A stretch of DNA of 64,000 nucleotides from positions 32,562,105-32,626,104 of the forward strand of contig NC_069003.1 of NCBI RefSeq assembly GCF_001194135.2, given 5' to 3'. The stretch comes from Octopus bimaculoides (lineage: Eukaryota). Below, in pieces: positions 26,233 through 38,654 of the stretch. How positions within the stretch are numbered: the first letter of the stretch is position 1; each line of letters begins with the position of its first letter. Position numbers and translations under genes: made by a program. The notes below the pieces were generated by a model. That model made no database searches and had not been told where the DNA came from. It saw nothing but the letters and a program-made list of their open reading frames with translations.

Positions 26233-27195
26233 GAAAGAAAGAGGCACTCAACAATTTAGTAGGAGTTACATGCATCATTAGTTGAAATAGTTTCATGTGG
26301 CCCCATGTGACTTAAAGATTCATAGGCCTGTTACTGAAACGAAGCCTGTTGGACTCAGTTAACTGAATAGAAGGACACATCCCTATATTTGGTTAACTGA
26401 GTCCTATGAGCTAGGTTTCTGTAAGAGGCCTATGTCACATGGAACCAAATCAAACCGTTTCTAATAATAATAATATATACATGTATATTTATTGGGTTTC
26501 TCACTTCCAAATTCCACCCACAAAGTATCAGTCAGCCTAAGGCTACACAGGAAGACACTTGCCTAAGACACAGTGAGATTGAATATAGAACCCAGATGTT
26601 TGCAAAGTAAGCTTCTAAATAATCCAGCTATAGGGTGTAGGAACTATTATAAATGCTTTTCTTTTCTTCTTTTAATTAGATTATTCATCTAGATATGGAA
26701 TCTTAAAAAGATCGTTAGAAAAAGAAGATATCAATATTTACCGGCCGCATCAGAGCAGAGCATTAAATGAAGATGAGACGAATTCGCTGGGACCCAGTCT
26801 GCATCGAATGCACCATTCCCATGGTGACATTCTACCACCTGGCCCTGGTCCAATTAGTGCAAGTCGTGACCACCCTAATGCATCATCAAGATATGAAAGT
26901 CGGTACATGTACAATCAAGAACCACCACCACCTCGGCCACCTTTACCCCAAGAACTTGATTCAGGTAATAAAACAGTATTATCTTCAAACACTACAGTTT
27001 CTCTTGCCTATGTCTCACTATTTGAGATTACCTTGTATCCTCTATCTTTTACTTGTCTTACTCATTATGTTAGGATTTTTTTTATTGAAAGAAAGAGGCA
27101 CTCAATACATTTAGTAGGAGTTACACATATCATTATTTGAAATAGTTTGATGTGGCTCCATGTGACTTCAAGTTTCATAGGCCTCTTACTGAAAC
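26233..27195 (+). repeat. About 109-bp direct repeat flanking exon 26680-26964, plus an inverted arm at 26392-26455
   Basis: 26233-26340 aligns with 27087-27195; 26415-26455 is the reverse complement of both. Confidence 0.85.
26680..26964 (+). CDS. ZO-1: ZO-1 exon, PDZ2-PDZ3 linker (Pro/His-rich)
   Basis: ttttaattag|AT TAT TCA...TCA G|gtaata; 285 nt open, phase 1-1; encodes DYSSRYGILKRSLEKEDINIYRPH...EPPPPRPPLPQELDS. Confidence 0.85.
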
Positions 27196-27399
27196 AGGTT
27201 CATGATATGTGGAATTGGATATGTTTGGAATTTCTGAATGATTTCAAAACTCTATATCTCAAAAAACATAGAGTTTTGAGAATATCTCAAAAGTTGACAC
27301 AGTATTTACTCAATCTTACATTTTTTCATTCTTAACTGTACTGAAAAGGTTAATTTTACTAATATAATTAACCTCTTTTAATTTTCTTCTTCTGTTTAG

Positions 27400-27688
27400 A
27401 TATGGTTCCAACAGGTAAAGACTTCTTACATCCAGACGACTTTTATGCATCACAAGTAAAACACAACAACTACTATAGCGACATTGAAAGTCGGGGTCAT
27501 TTGCATGAGAATCCGTATGAGTCGAGGGAGGAGCGGTATGGCACGGCGCCTCGACAGCGTCACTCTGACCAGCTCCTTGAGTCACACTATGAACGAAGTC
27601 CACAAGCTCATAAACAGCCTTATAGCAGCAAAGAACCAGAGAATGACTTACAACCTCCTGTTACTTTCAACAGATCACAGCCAACTGA
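27400..27688 (+). CDS. ZO-1: ZO-1 exon, PDZ2-PDZ3 linker
   Basis: tctgtttag|AT ATG GTT...ACT GA|gtaagt; matches track ORF 27402..27692 (MVPTGKDFLHPDD...NRSQPTE); phase 1 to 2. Confidence 0.87.
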
Positions 27689-28509
27689 GTAAGTAGTCCA
27701 CTTCCTTCTTTCCTTCTTTCTTTTTACCTTTCTCTGCTTTGTTTGTTTGCCTTTCTCTTTCTCTCTCTCTGTCTATCTGTCTCTCTCAACTCCTCCCCTC
27801 TCTATAACATTATCCCTTTCAGTAGATCTTAGCTTATGGGTATATATATATATATATANNNNNNNNNNNNNNNNNNNNNNNNNNNNNNNNNNNNNNNNNN
27901 NNNNNNNNNNNNNNNNNNNNNNNNNNNNNNNNNNNNNNNNNNNNNNNNNNNNNNNNNNNNNNNNNNNNNNNNNNNNNNNNNNNNNNNNNNNNNNNNNNNN
28001 NNNNNNNNNNNNNNNNNNNNNNNNNNNNNNNNNNNNNNNNNNNNNNNNNNNNNNNNNNNNNNNNNNNNNNNNNNNNNNNNNNNNNNNNNNNNNNNNNNNN
28101 NNNNNNNNNNNNNNNNNNNNNNNNNNNNNNNNNNNNNNNNNNNNNNNNNNNNNNNNNNNNNNNNNNNNNNNNNNNNNNNNNNNNNNNNNNNNNNNNNNNN
28201 NNNNNNNNNNNNNNNNNNNNNNNNNNNNNNNNNNNNNNNNNNNNNNNNNNNNNNNNNNNNNNNNNNNNNNNNNNNNNNNNNNNNNNNNATTTTTCAACAT
28301 AGACCTCCTTGCACCCCACACACTTCTTCCATCTTTCTGGAAAGTCTATGTAAAAAAAATTCATATTTTTTACTTGTTCTAGTCATTGGACTACAGCCAA
28401 TAAATACTGTGATTTTTAATCTTTTGTATTTTTATTCTGAGTGTAAAGAAGAATAAATGATGTGGTTTGACATTATTTCTGAGAGGTATTTTTTTTTTTT
28501 CTTTTCCAG

Positions 28510-28539
28510 GTCATACATAGGGAAGAAACGAAGTAGCAG
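28510..28539 (+). CDS. ZO-1: Candidate 30-nt ZO-1 cassette microexon just before PDZ3
   Basis: long T tract, cttttccag|G TCA TAC ATA GGG AAG AAA CGA AGT AGC AG|gtaaat; phase 2-2 matches the flanking exons; adds SYIGKKRSSR. Confidence 0.65.
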
Positions 28540-29281
28540 GTAAATTTTACCCTTTGGCATTTAAACTGACCATGTCTGGTCCAAATATTCTACCTGTTTT
28601 ATGTTCAAACCAACCAGATCCAGCCTGTTACATCTGACCTACAACGTCATTCTAAAACATTCTAAAACAGTCACATCATCAAAAGCTCAAAACTATGAGA
28701 CAATGTCTGATTAATTCTAAGATAAATTAATAAGCATTACATTTGATTGATTACTAAACTCTGGTAAGTGAAACAGCCGGATACAAAGAACTTCATAGTG
28801 ATCTGTGCTGACAAATGGACAATTACAAAATCTACTCAAAGTCAAGAAAGTTTGTATGCCGTGAGAAAGATGATAAATTTTGATGATTCCATGAAATGCT
28901 CTTCATAAGTTGAGACACCCTATTGAAGGATTCCCCTCAAAACATCAGACTTCTCTTCCTCACAGCATACAAAGTTAGTCCGCTTAGTGAATGATGACTG
29001 ATCATTGTACGACAAGAGATCGACTGAAGAAATATAAATATCATAGAAATAATAATGGGATGAATGTGGCAGTATTTGGCATGTAATGACTGATATATGT
29101 TTTAACTGCCACCTTCATCACTTGAACCTTCTAGAAATAACAACCAAATTACCCTTAAATAATGAGAGTCATGTTGGATAATGCAATATGGATACCACTC
29201 CATTCAACCACTGTTAGTTGATCCTCTGTTGGATTAAAGCCTTAGCATGCCATTACGTGCTTATATATGTGTGTGTGTGTG

Positions 29282-29317
<36 letters not shown>

Positions 29318-29565
29318 AGCTGTAGGTTTGTTTACCTGTCTGAGTATTACCCTCTGTGTGTGTGTAACCATGTGTGGTGCATCAGATTGTGTAGCAAGAA
29401 ATTTAGGCCTCCTCCCCTTCCCATCATACAAGTGTTTCAGTCATTGACTGTAGAGTAAATTTTACCAGTGTATTAGTGAGCACAGCTTTATACTGTGTAC
29501 TGGTGTGTATAACTTTGAATTGTGCATTTAAAAAAATTTTGGTGGGTCTCCTTTTTATTCTTCAG

Positions 29566-29722
29566 AACCGAACCTCGATATGTGACTTTTCGTAAGGATC
29601 CTGAAGTTGGTCTTGGATTGCGGTTGGCTGGAGGAAATGCAACTGGAATTTTCATCGCTTCTGTTCATCCAGGTAGTGGTGCTGAAAAAGAAGGTCTTGT
29701 GGAAGGAGACCAAATTCTGAAG
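29566..29722 (+). CDS. ZO-1: ZO-1 exon, PDZ3 N-half
   Basis: ttcttcag|A ACC GAA...CTG AAG|gtgaga; encodes [52 protein letters not shown]; phase 2 to 0. Confidence 0.96.
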
Positions 29723-30517
29723 GTGAGATTATATTATTCTTGCTCCCCATAGCTTCTGTTTGTACCATTTGGAGCGTTTTGTTGTATTTTTGTTTGTTTG
29801 CACTGCAGTGGTAACGTGGCTGTTCTTAATTTATTGTTACTGGGACTTACTAGGTTTAAAGGAAACTTGTATATAAAGGATTTGTGTAAAAGGAAAACAT
29901 ATTTAGAGTTTTATACTATCTTAGTACTAATTCTATTAATATTTGTTTCATGGATATCTGGTATGAGCACAGGTATGGTTGTGTATGGCTAAAAAGCTTT
30001 GCTCTGCACTTACATGGTTCTTGGTTCTTGGCATTTTATGCCTTCAATTGACCAACGCCATATGAATGGAATTTCCTTGGCATAGTGCAAATACAAAATA
30101 TGCTTAACAGAACCCATTCTCACATATGATTCCACCATCTCCATCCTTTCCATTATTGAGTACATCATCTTACAGAAATGCCTAGAGATATTCACTCGAT
30201 GCAATCTTACAATCAACTAATGTGGTGAGGACAATGTAGCCAACAATCGACTAGTGCACCACCTTCGTTCAGCAGTTAACGAGCGGTCGAAATAACTCAA
30301 TGACGCTTGCAAACGAAAGGCTGGGTACTTTCCTGTCTGTGTAAATTCATTTCTGTATTTACCCTCTGCTACAGAACCCAGGCTATTTTTCCTTGTACCA
30401 CTTTGTAGTATATTTCTCTAGCCGTGTCTTCGGGCTCATGAAGAAGATAACATAGCAAATAGATTTATGTCAAAGCTCTGAGTCTTATATTTTAAGGACA
30501 TTCCATTGGTTTGATTT

Positions 30518-30787
30518 CATCATCATCGTTCATCGTTTAACGTCCGCTTTCCATGCTAGCATGGGTTGGACGATTTGACTGAGGACTGGTGAAACCGGAT
30601 GGCAACACCAGGCTCCAGTCTGATTTGGCAGAGTTTCTACAGCTGGATGCCCTTCCTAACGCCAACCACTCAGAGAGTGTAGTGGGTGCTTTTACGTGTC
30701 ACCCGCACGAAAACGGCCACGCTCGAAATGGTGTCTTTTATGTGCCACCCGCACAAGCCAGTCCAGGGGCACTGGCAACGATCTCGC
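30518..30787 (-). mobile_element. Young 5'-truncated RTE-tail repeat; near-identical copies at 40058-40233, 55472-55620 and 16051-16170
   Basis: (CAT)n-CGTTTAACGTCCGCTTTCCATGCTAGCATGGGTTGGACG...CAGCTGGATGCCCTTCCTAACGCCAACC is shared; same tail as on the RTE remnants. Confidence 0.85.
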
Positions 30788-32045
30788 GTAAAAGAGAAAG
30801 AGAGAGATAGAGGGAAGGACTAAAATAGAAATAGAATTTTAACAGGTGAGAACTCATAAATATTTGATCTTGTTTCCTTTGGTTAGTAGTGGGGGGAGGG
30901 GTATGTTTACATGGCTTTTTGTCTGGTTGTTTTTTTATATTTTTTGTTTTAATGGGTTATTTTAGTTGAGATTTTTTAATGTTTTTTTTTATTGTTTGCT
31001 CTTGTAATTTTTATTATCAAGGTTTTCTAATTGTTTTACTTTGGTTGTTTTTTTTTTATGGGTTTGATATCTTTTATGGAATTTTTTTTTTTAAAGATAG
31101 TTATTTTCAGGAAACTTTTTTGTTCTTTTTGATGAAATTTTTGGTTGATATTATTTAAAGGAGTTTTCTTGGGGATGATTTAAGATTGTTTATTCATTGC
31201 TTTTTTTTTTTTTGCTTTTTTTTTTCTAACATTTAACGTATGTTTTTCCAGAATGTTTTAGTTGCTGTTTAAGGTTTTCAGGAGGTTTTTTTTTTCCCCC
31301 ATTTAAAGATGATACATTTACACTCTCTTTACTCCCGTCCCCTCTCCCCTCATACTTATGGCAAAATAAACCAATCAATACAATGTAATCAAAACATTAC
31401 AACCAGTTCGATCAGACAATTTTTTTTTAATTCTGTTCTTTTGATCTTTTTATTCACTTATTTCATATAAAATAGCCAGATGGTTCTTCCTCTTCTGCCT
31501 GATGGTATTGGAAAAAGCTAAAACAGTGAAATTGTTTTTTTGTTTTCTTTTTTCTTGAACTGTTACATTAGCCAGTGTGTTATATAGATTGCTAATTAAT
31601 TACTTCGTGGGGAAATATATATATATCTTATTAGTATTGTTGTTATTATTATTGTTACATCCTATGTCTTTGATCTGCTGCTGATATTGCAACAACCCTA
31701 CTGTCACTTGCATAGAAAATATTGAGTCTTTTGTATAAATTGTATACACCATTTCTCTCTATCTGTGTAAACAGTGTGTCTGAATAACATTTTGATACGG
31801 AAGTTCTTATCTCTTTAAGTACTGGTGTGCACATGTGTGTGTGTGTGTGCATATATGCATATATATATATATNNNNNNNNNNNNNNNNNNNNNNNNNNNN
31901 NNNNNNNNNNNNNNNNNNNNNNNNNNNNNNNNNNNNNNNNNNNNNATATAAACATATATATGTTTATATATATATGTATGTATATGTATAAATATATATG
32001 TATGTATTTATATATATATATGTATATGTGTGTATATATATAATG

Positions 32046-32089
<44 letters not shown>

Positions 32090-32534
32090 TATCAGTTTAA
32101 TGTCCACTTTTCCATGCTTGCATGGGTCAGACAGAGATTTTGAGGCAGATTTTCTATGGCTGGATGACTTTCCTGTTGCCTACCTTCACTTGTTTCCAAG
32201 CAAGGTAATATTTTCCAATGGTCAGACCATGTTCTTGCAGCATAATGCAAATGAATGACACTGCTTGTATAACAGTGACAATCATTTACAATTATCACAC
32301 AATGTCAAAACAAGGAGACACAAACACATGCACTTGTATACATACACACACACACACATACATATATTTCAGAGATTGCCAAGTTCAAAGAAGTTATGGC
32401 TGGTCATCCACTGAGGATAAAGAACTCAAAGATAAATCTCATGTGAATAAATGTTTAATCCATAATCATTAATCTGGCAAAATATATTTTGTTGAACCAA
32501 TGACTATGGAGTAAATTTCATATGTATGTACACA

Positions 32535-33022
32535 CATGGTCATGTGATGCATATGGATGAGGACAGCTGCATAAAGAAGTGCCGAGCTCTCACTGTGGAG
32601 GGTACTTGTGGAAGGGGTAGACTCAGGAAGATGTGAGACAAAGTGGTGAGAAAGGATCTTTGGACACAGGGCCTCACTGAGGAAGTAACTAGGGACCAGA
32701 AGATGTGATTAATTGTACTTGATAAGACACATCAAATTAAGTAGAATCGCTGTCTTCCACACATACAGGCTGGTTCTTTCAGGTGTTGGTGCCACATTCA
32801 AAGCATCTGTGCTGGTACTGCATACCCACACCTGTGCCAGTGGCACATAAAAAGCACTCAGCACACTCTGTTATGTTGTTGGCATTAGGAAGAGCATCCA
32901 GCCATAGAAATCATATCACAATAGACAACTGGAGTCTGGGCAGGTTCCAACTGGCCAGCTCCATGTCAAACTGTCCAACCCATGCCAGTATGGAAGACAA
33001 ACATTAAGCAATGATGATGATG
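32535..33022 (+). mobile_element. RTE-clade LINE 3' remnant (ORF end, 3' UTR, TGA-repeat tail)
   Basis: Translates to HGHVMHMDEDSCIKKCRALTVEGTCGRGRLRKM*DKVVRKDL (typical RTE C-terminus); ends ...ccaacccatgccagtatggaag...aatgatgatgatg. Confidence 0.85.
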
Positions 33023-33047
33023 GTATCATTTTGTTTCATATATTTAG

Positions 33048-33150
33048 GTGAACGATGTTGAAATTACTGGAATGACGCGAGAAGAAGCGGTAACATATCT
33101 GCTGAGTGTTGACGGTCAAGTGTCCATTAGTGTTCAACATAAAAAAGAAG
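33048..33150 (+). CDS. ZO-1: ZO-1 exon, PDZ3 C-half
   Basis: tatttag|GTG AAC GAT...GAA G|gtaaga; encodes VNDVEITGMTREEAVTYLLSVDGQVSISVQHKKE; phase 0 to 1. Confidence 0.95.
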
Positions 33151-33968
33151 GTAAGAGTGATCATTTTGGCTTTCATTATCTATTGTATTTAAAAACTGAC
33201 TGACCATCACCAATCATTTCAGACAAGGAAGGAGCTTCAACATGGTTGATTTACAATCTACCATTTAAAATAAGAAAAAATTGGTTAATGTAGAATTAGA
33301 TATTCAGTTTTTGGGTCCAAAAAATTTGACTTGTATGCTGGAAAACAGGTAATTCAGGAAAGCCAAGTTTTTGTTGTTGTTTTTTGTTTCTGCACATTCT
33401 CCATTATTACTGGTCTCGTTTTTAATTGCACCAGTTTACTGAAAGATTGCGTTATAGATAAGTTAACAGTATATTTTTTTGGCATTGCTCCTGATATAGT
33501 GGTGTACCTTATGTACAAGCACATGTTATATATAGAAATATAAATATGATATACACCATTTTAATCTATATATGTTTGTATATATTTAATATATAATGCA
33601 AGTATGGGAATGCTCACTTCCAGTACCTAAGGTTTCCTGACAACCTATGATATATTTGTGAGCTGATCAATGGTGACTGTAAATTGAATAAAAATGTATC
33701 TGATACAGCTGGGAAACTCTAGATAGTGAATGCTTTTACTATATATCAAATATAGTCCTCTAGTTCAACATTATTGAGCTCTACTTCTTATTATTGTTAC
33801 ACATGTTGTTCGTCAGTGTGTGTGTGTGTGTGTGTATTTAGATAGTCCTTTCTGTTCAGTAGCTCATATTTTGCTATAAATATCACATCTTAGCTATCAG
33901 ATATAAGTTACATGATCAGCGATAGTTATGAAACTCAGAGTAGTATTAGTGAGTAACTTTAGATTCAC

Positions 33969-34019
<51 letters not shown>

Positions 34020-34492
34020 NNNNNNNNNNNNNNNNNNNNNNNNNNNNNNNNNNNNNNNNNNNNNNNNNNNNNNNNNNNNNNNNNNNNNNNNNNNNNNNNN
34101 NNNNNNNNNNNNNNNNNNNNNNNNNNNNNNNNNNNNNNNNNNNNNNNNNNNNNNNNNNNNNNNNNNNNNNNNNNNNNNNNNNNNNNNNNNNNNNNNNNNN
34201 NNNNNNNNNNNNNNNNNNNNNNNNNNNNNNNNNNNNNNNNNNNNNNNNNNNNNNNNNNNNNNNNNNNNNNNNNNNNNNNNNNNNNNNNNNNNNNNNNNNN
34301 NNNNNNNNNNNNNNNNNNNNNNNNNNNNNNNNNNNNNNNNNNNNNNNNNNNNNNNNNNTATATATATTGCTTATTCTAATTTTTATAAATATTGCTTGTT
34401 GCTTCAGCAACACTGAAAAATTTATCTCTTTTGATGTCAGCAATTAAAAATATTTAAAAAAAAAACAATTTTTTTTCTTTTTTTTTTCAAAG

Positions 34493-34544
34493 AATATGAC
34501 CACATAATGGCGAGTCATGAAGCTGGGGATTCATTCTTTGTAAA
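34493..34544 (+). CDS. ZO-1: ZO-1 exon, PDZ3-SH3 junction
   Basis: ttttcaaag|AA TAT GAC...GTA AA|gtaagt; encodes EYDHIMASHEAGDSFFVK; phase 1 to 2. Confidence 0.94.
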
Positions 34545-35155
34545 GTAAGTCACTTTTATGTTTTTCCCATCAAAGCACAGTATAATCTCTCATTACAAAT
34601 CCTTCGTTATCATTATGAGTTTTTATTTCAAGATATTCAGGCTTTTAGCAGCCATTTAAATTTTTTTTTTCTCACTGTTTATGTTAACACGTTCACATCT
34701 TGTGTTGTTGTTTTTAGGAAGTTTTTGCTGTTGTTTTTCTTTAAACCATGCTGGCATGGCTGGAATAGACAGTTTCAGACAAATTTATGTTTTAATTATA
34801 CACATGGTTATATTGACAATTTTTTATTTATTTATTTTATTTATCAACATATTTATTTATTTATTGGTTTTGAGAGTTTGGTTTCTGTTTATTGCACTGT
34901 TGATCATTAGTTTTAATTTGCAACTCATCGGCTAATTAGAGGGCATAAAAATTTAAATGTATTCCAAGTAGGTTCTATGTGTGTGCGTGTATATGTTAAC
35001 CAAAGAAATATATAGTTAGTGTATATATATAATTGTGTGAGTGTTTGTATATGTGTGTATTTTATATGTATGTGTGTATGCATTATATATTACTTCGTAT
35101 GTGCATGAGACAGAGGAGCTGATATATATGCATGTCTGCGTGTGTGTGTATAGAA

Positions 35156-35186
<31 letters not shown>

Positions 35187-35728
35187 CACACACATACATG
35201 CACATGATTTTGTGGTTAAGAAGTTCACCTTGGAATCGCATGGTTTAGAGTTCATCGGCACTGCGTAGATGCCATCAGCTGGTGTCTTCTACTCACTACA
35301 AGTTATAGTCAACAATGTTATGCAAGTGAAATTTGGCAGACAGAAAATGGAAAAGTCCATATATGTGTGTGTGTGTGTGTATATGTAACAAAAGTTGAGA
35401 TGTGTGACGTTCAGTTATTCCATAAATGAAAAATGCATTAAATACTACAAAACATACATGTAGGACAGACGCTAGGAATCTATATTTTATCTTTCTAAGG
35501 TGAGTCATTTCACCAATATTAATAACACATGCACCTATTTAATTCCACTCTTTTATTATTAGTCAATTGATTAAATATCTATCCAACAAACCAATCGATC
35601 ATTTGATTAACTTGTTGGCTGAACAGTCAATCATTTTGGGTTTTTGTATGTGTGTGTGTGTTTGTCAGTTCTTTAATTCCTATTCGCAACCTTTTTCAGC
35701 GACTGTTTTTCTAAATTATGTATTTTAG

Positions 35729-35899
35729 GGCCCATTACACCTTTGAACAAACAGAGTCTTCTGAACTTGCCTTTGTACGAGGAGAGGTTTTACGTATCAA
35801 AGACACTTTGTACGGGGGAGTTAGTGGTTCATGGCTTGCCATTAAAATTGGTAAAAATAACCAAGAATTACAAAAGGGAATTATTCCAAACAGTAATCG
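35729..35899 (+). CDS. ZO-1: ZO-1 exon, SH3 domain
   Basis: tattttag|G GCC CAT...AAT CG|gtaagt; encodes AHYTFEQTESSELAFVRGEVLRIKDTLYGGVSGSWLAIKIGKNNQELQKGIIPNSNR; phase 2-2. Confidence 0.96.
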
Positions 35900-35965
35900 G
35901 TAAGTTTCTTTTCTTAATACAGAATTTTTTTGTTTAAAATATCATCACACTCATTTCTTCTTCTA

Positions 35966-37213
35966 TTAGGTTGTTTTACATGAAATGTCGCATTTTTAAT
36001 TAGTTGTTATTTCAGTCATTTAAAAACTCAATTATGTATACCTTGCATTTAATTTTGACTCTTTTTCTTTCTCAACAATATTGGTATGCAAAATTCCTAC
36101 CCACAGACCTCATAAAAATGATAATAACCAAACTATGTTGAGTGATTTTCTCATATGAGTACAAACTGGGTCACTCTGCTGCAGAAGCTCTACGGAATAT
36201 CAAGCAGGCCTTTGGTAATGGTTTTGTTGATGTCAGAACTGTTCAGAGATGGTTCCAAAGCTCTCGTTCAGGAGATGATAGCTTTGAAAATAAACCAAGG
36301 GGTAGGCCAAAATCAGTTATTCAGCATGATGGATTAAATGCTTTGGTTGACCAAAATCCGAGAACAACGGTTCAAAAACTTTCATCAGAACTCCAAACAT
36401 CTCGCACAACTGTTTTTGGACACCTGTAAAAAAAAAACTGGAAAAGTCAAGAAAATGGATAGGTTTATTCCACATGAACTGAACAAGATTCAAAAAGACA
36501 TACCTCAAAGTGTGCTCCTTATTGCTTTCTCAACTGGAAAAAGACCATATTTGCATCAAATAATGATTTGATAAGAAATGGATACGCTTTGACAACAGCA
36601 AGAGAACAGGGCAGTGATTAGATGCAGGAGAGTCACCTACCCAAACACTACCCAAATCCACCACTGTACCCTAAAAAGTTAGTGGTCACTGTATGGTGGT
36701 CTGCAAAGGGAGCTATTCATTTTTGCAACAAGGAAAAACAGTAACAGCAACATTGTATTGACAGGAAATTGATTGTATGCATGAGAATTTGAAAAAGAAG
36801 CAACCCAAACTAGTGAATAGAAATGGCCCAATTTTGCTCCACGACAATACATGTCCTCATATTCCTCAAGCTATGGTCCAAAAGTTGCAAAGCCTGAATT
36901 ATGAGATTTTGCAATATCCTCCCTATTACCCTGATATTTCTTCTACTGATCATCACTTATTTAAGCACTTTGAGCTTTTCATAAACAATAACACATTCTT
37001 AAATAGAAAAGAGGTAATTGAAGTATTCGGACAGTTTATCACAGCAAAAGATGAATATTTTTTGAAAGATGGAATATGTGACGTAGGGAAACGTTGGGTA
37101 AATTTCATAAACGAACATGGATCATATTTTGATTAAATAAATCAGTTCTCTAACACTTCTGAAACATTTTATTGTTACCTTTCAAATATGACATTTCATG
37201 TGAAACAACCTAA
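35966..37213 (+). mobile_element. Mariner (Tc1/mariner, D34D) DNA transposon, about 1.25 kb, defective
   Basis: 30-bp TIRs (TTAGGTTGTTTTACATGAAATGTCGCATTT vs the reverse complement of 37184-37213) match 27/30; TA precedes the left TIR; contains transposase remnants. Confidence 0.93.
36142..37136 (+). pseudogene. Mariner transposase pseudogene (stop and frameshifts)
   Basis: HTH region (GHSAAEALRNIKQAFG...RWF...GRP), FIPHEL (WVPHEL motif), DKKWI, LLHDN and YYPDISSTD with 34 residues between the last two Asp, C-terminal GSYFD; split over several frames. Confidence 0.92.
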
Positions 37214-37388
37214 ANNNNNNNNNNNNNNNNNNNNNNNNNNNNNNNNNNNNNNNNNNNNNNNNNNNNNNNNNNNNNNNNNNNNNNNNNNNNNNNNNNNNNN
37301 NNNNNNNNNNNNNNNNNNNNNNNNNNNNNNNNNNNNNNNNNNNNNNNNNNNNNNNNNNNNNNNNNNNNNNNNNNNNNNNNNNNNNNNN

Positions 37389-37490
37389 CGAACATGGATC
37401 ATATTTTGATTAAATAAATCAGTTCTCTAACACTTCTGAAACATTTTATTGTTACCTTTCAAATATGACATTTCATGTGAAACAACCTAA
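37389..37490 (+). repeat. Duplicate of the mariner right end across an N gap (probable assembly overlap)
   Basis: Essentially identical to about 37113-37214 and separated from it only by Ns. Confidence 0.8.
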
Positions 37491-37884
37491 AATGATGCGG
37501 TTTTAGATACCTCTAATAAGATATATATATATATTGGCAACAGAGGCCATATTAATACCAAGAGGTAGTATTTATGCCCTGTTGAATATGGATGCTCAGT
37601 TAGAACAAACTTGACTGTGGTAGATAACATGAGAGAATCTTTCTTATTGGCTTTTGGTACAAAATGCACTTTTGTTTATATGCGTTTATATATACATATA
37701 TTTATGTATATATATACACACATAAACACACACACACGTGTGCATGTGTGTGTGTATCATTATATCAACCCCACTATCAGATGTTGTTATACACCATTGG
37801 TCAGAGTGCATTTCATCAGATTGTTGTAAATATATAGGTTTGTTGATGCAAACAGGAAAATAAAACTCAAAACATGAGTATGTA

Positions 37885-37932
<48 letters not shown>

Positions 37933-38232
37933 CTGTTATTATTTTTCAATTTTTTTATAACCATTAATCAGCAGAAGTTACTCTACCAGATTTGAATAAA
38001 TGACCACACATAAACACATACGCACTTGTATACACACACACACAAGAATAAGTGAGATTATTATTTGGTAACATTAAAATATTATATTTTTAAATAACAA
38101 ACTGAGATCAATAAGAGTATAATTATGGTGAATGTGTGTGTGTATCATCTTCAATGTTAAAACTGAAAAATATATTAAAAATATATTTTGCATAGTGTAA
38201 ACATTATTTGATACAGAACACAATATGTGCAT

Positions 38233-38344
<112 letters not shown>

Positions 38345-38505
38345 TATCTATGTATATATATATATATATATATATTTAGTTGTATATCAGATAGTGTTTG
38401 CACTACATAAAATATATTTTTGATAACTTTTACAACTCTTACATTATGTTTTGGTAATATGAATATATATATATATATATATATATATTTTTTTGTTTAT
38501 TACAG

Positions 38506-38654
38506 AGCAGAAAAAATGGCCCTTAACCAGCAGCAAAGTCTCAGTGATAAAGAACTGGCTTTGAGTAAACAGAAAAGCACAAGTTTATTTCGAAGAAAAT
38601 CTGCTCGTCGTGCTAAAACACTCGGTCAAAACCACTGGGATGATGTTATATTCT
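38506..38654 (+). CDS. ZO-1: ZO-1 exon, SH3-GuK HOOK/U5 region
   Basis: tattacag|A GCA GAA...TTC T|gtaagt; encodes AEKMALNQQQSLSDKELALSKQKSTSLFRRKSARRAKTLGQNHWDDVIF; phase 2 to 1. Confidence 0.93.

Noticed and set aside
26693-26964. Alternative acceptor for the linker exon at 26693
   Set aside because: It is out of phase with the upstream exon; 26680 keeps the frame.
37389-37490. Second mariner copy or tandem TIR duplication
   Set aside because: It is essentially identical to the sequence just before the N gap, the typical pattern of unmerged contig overlap.
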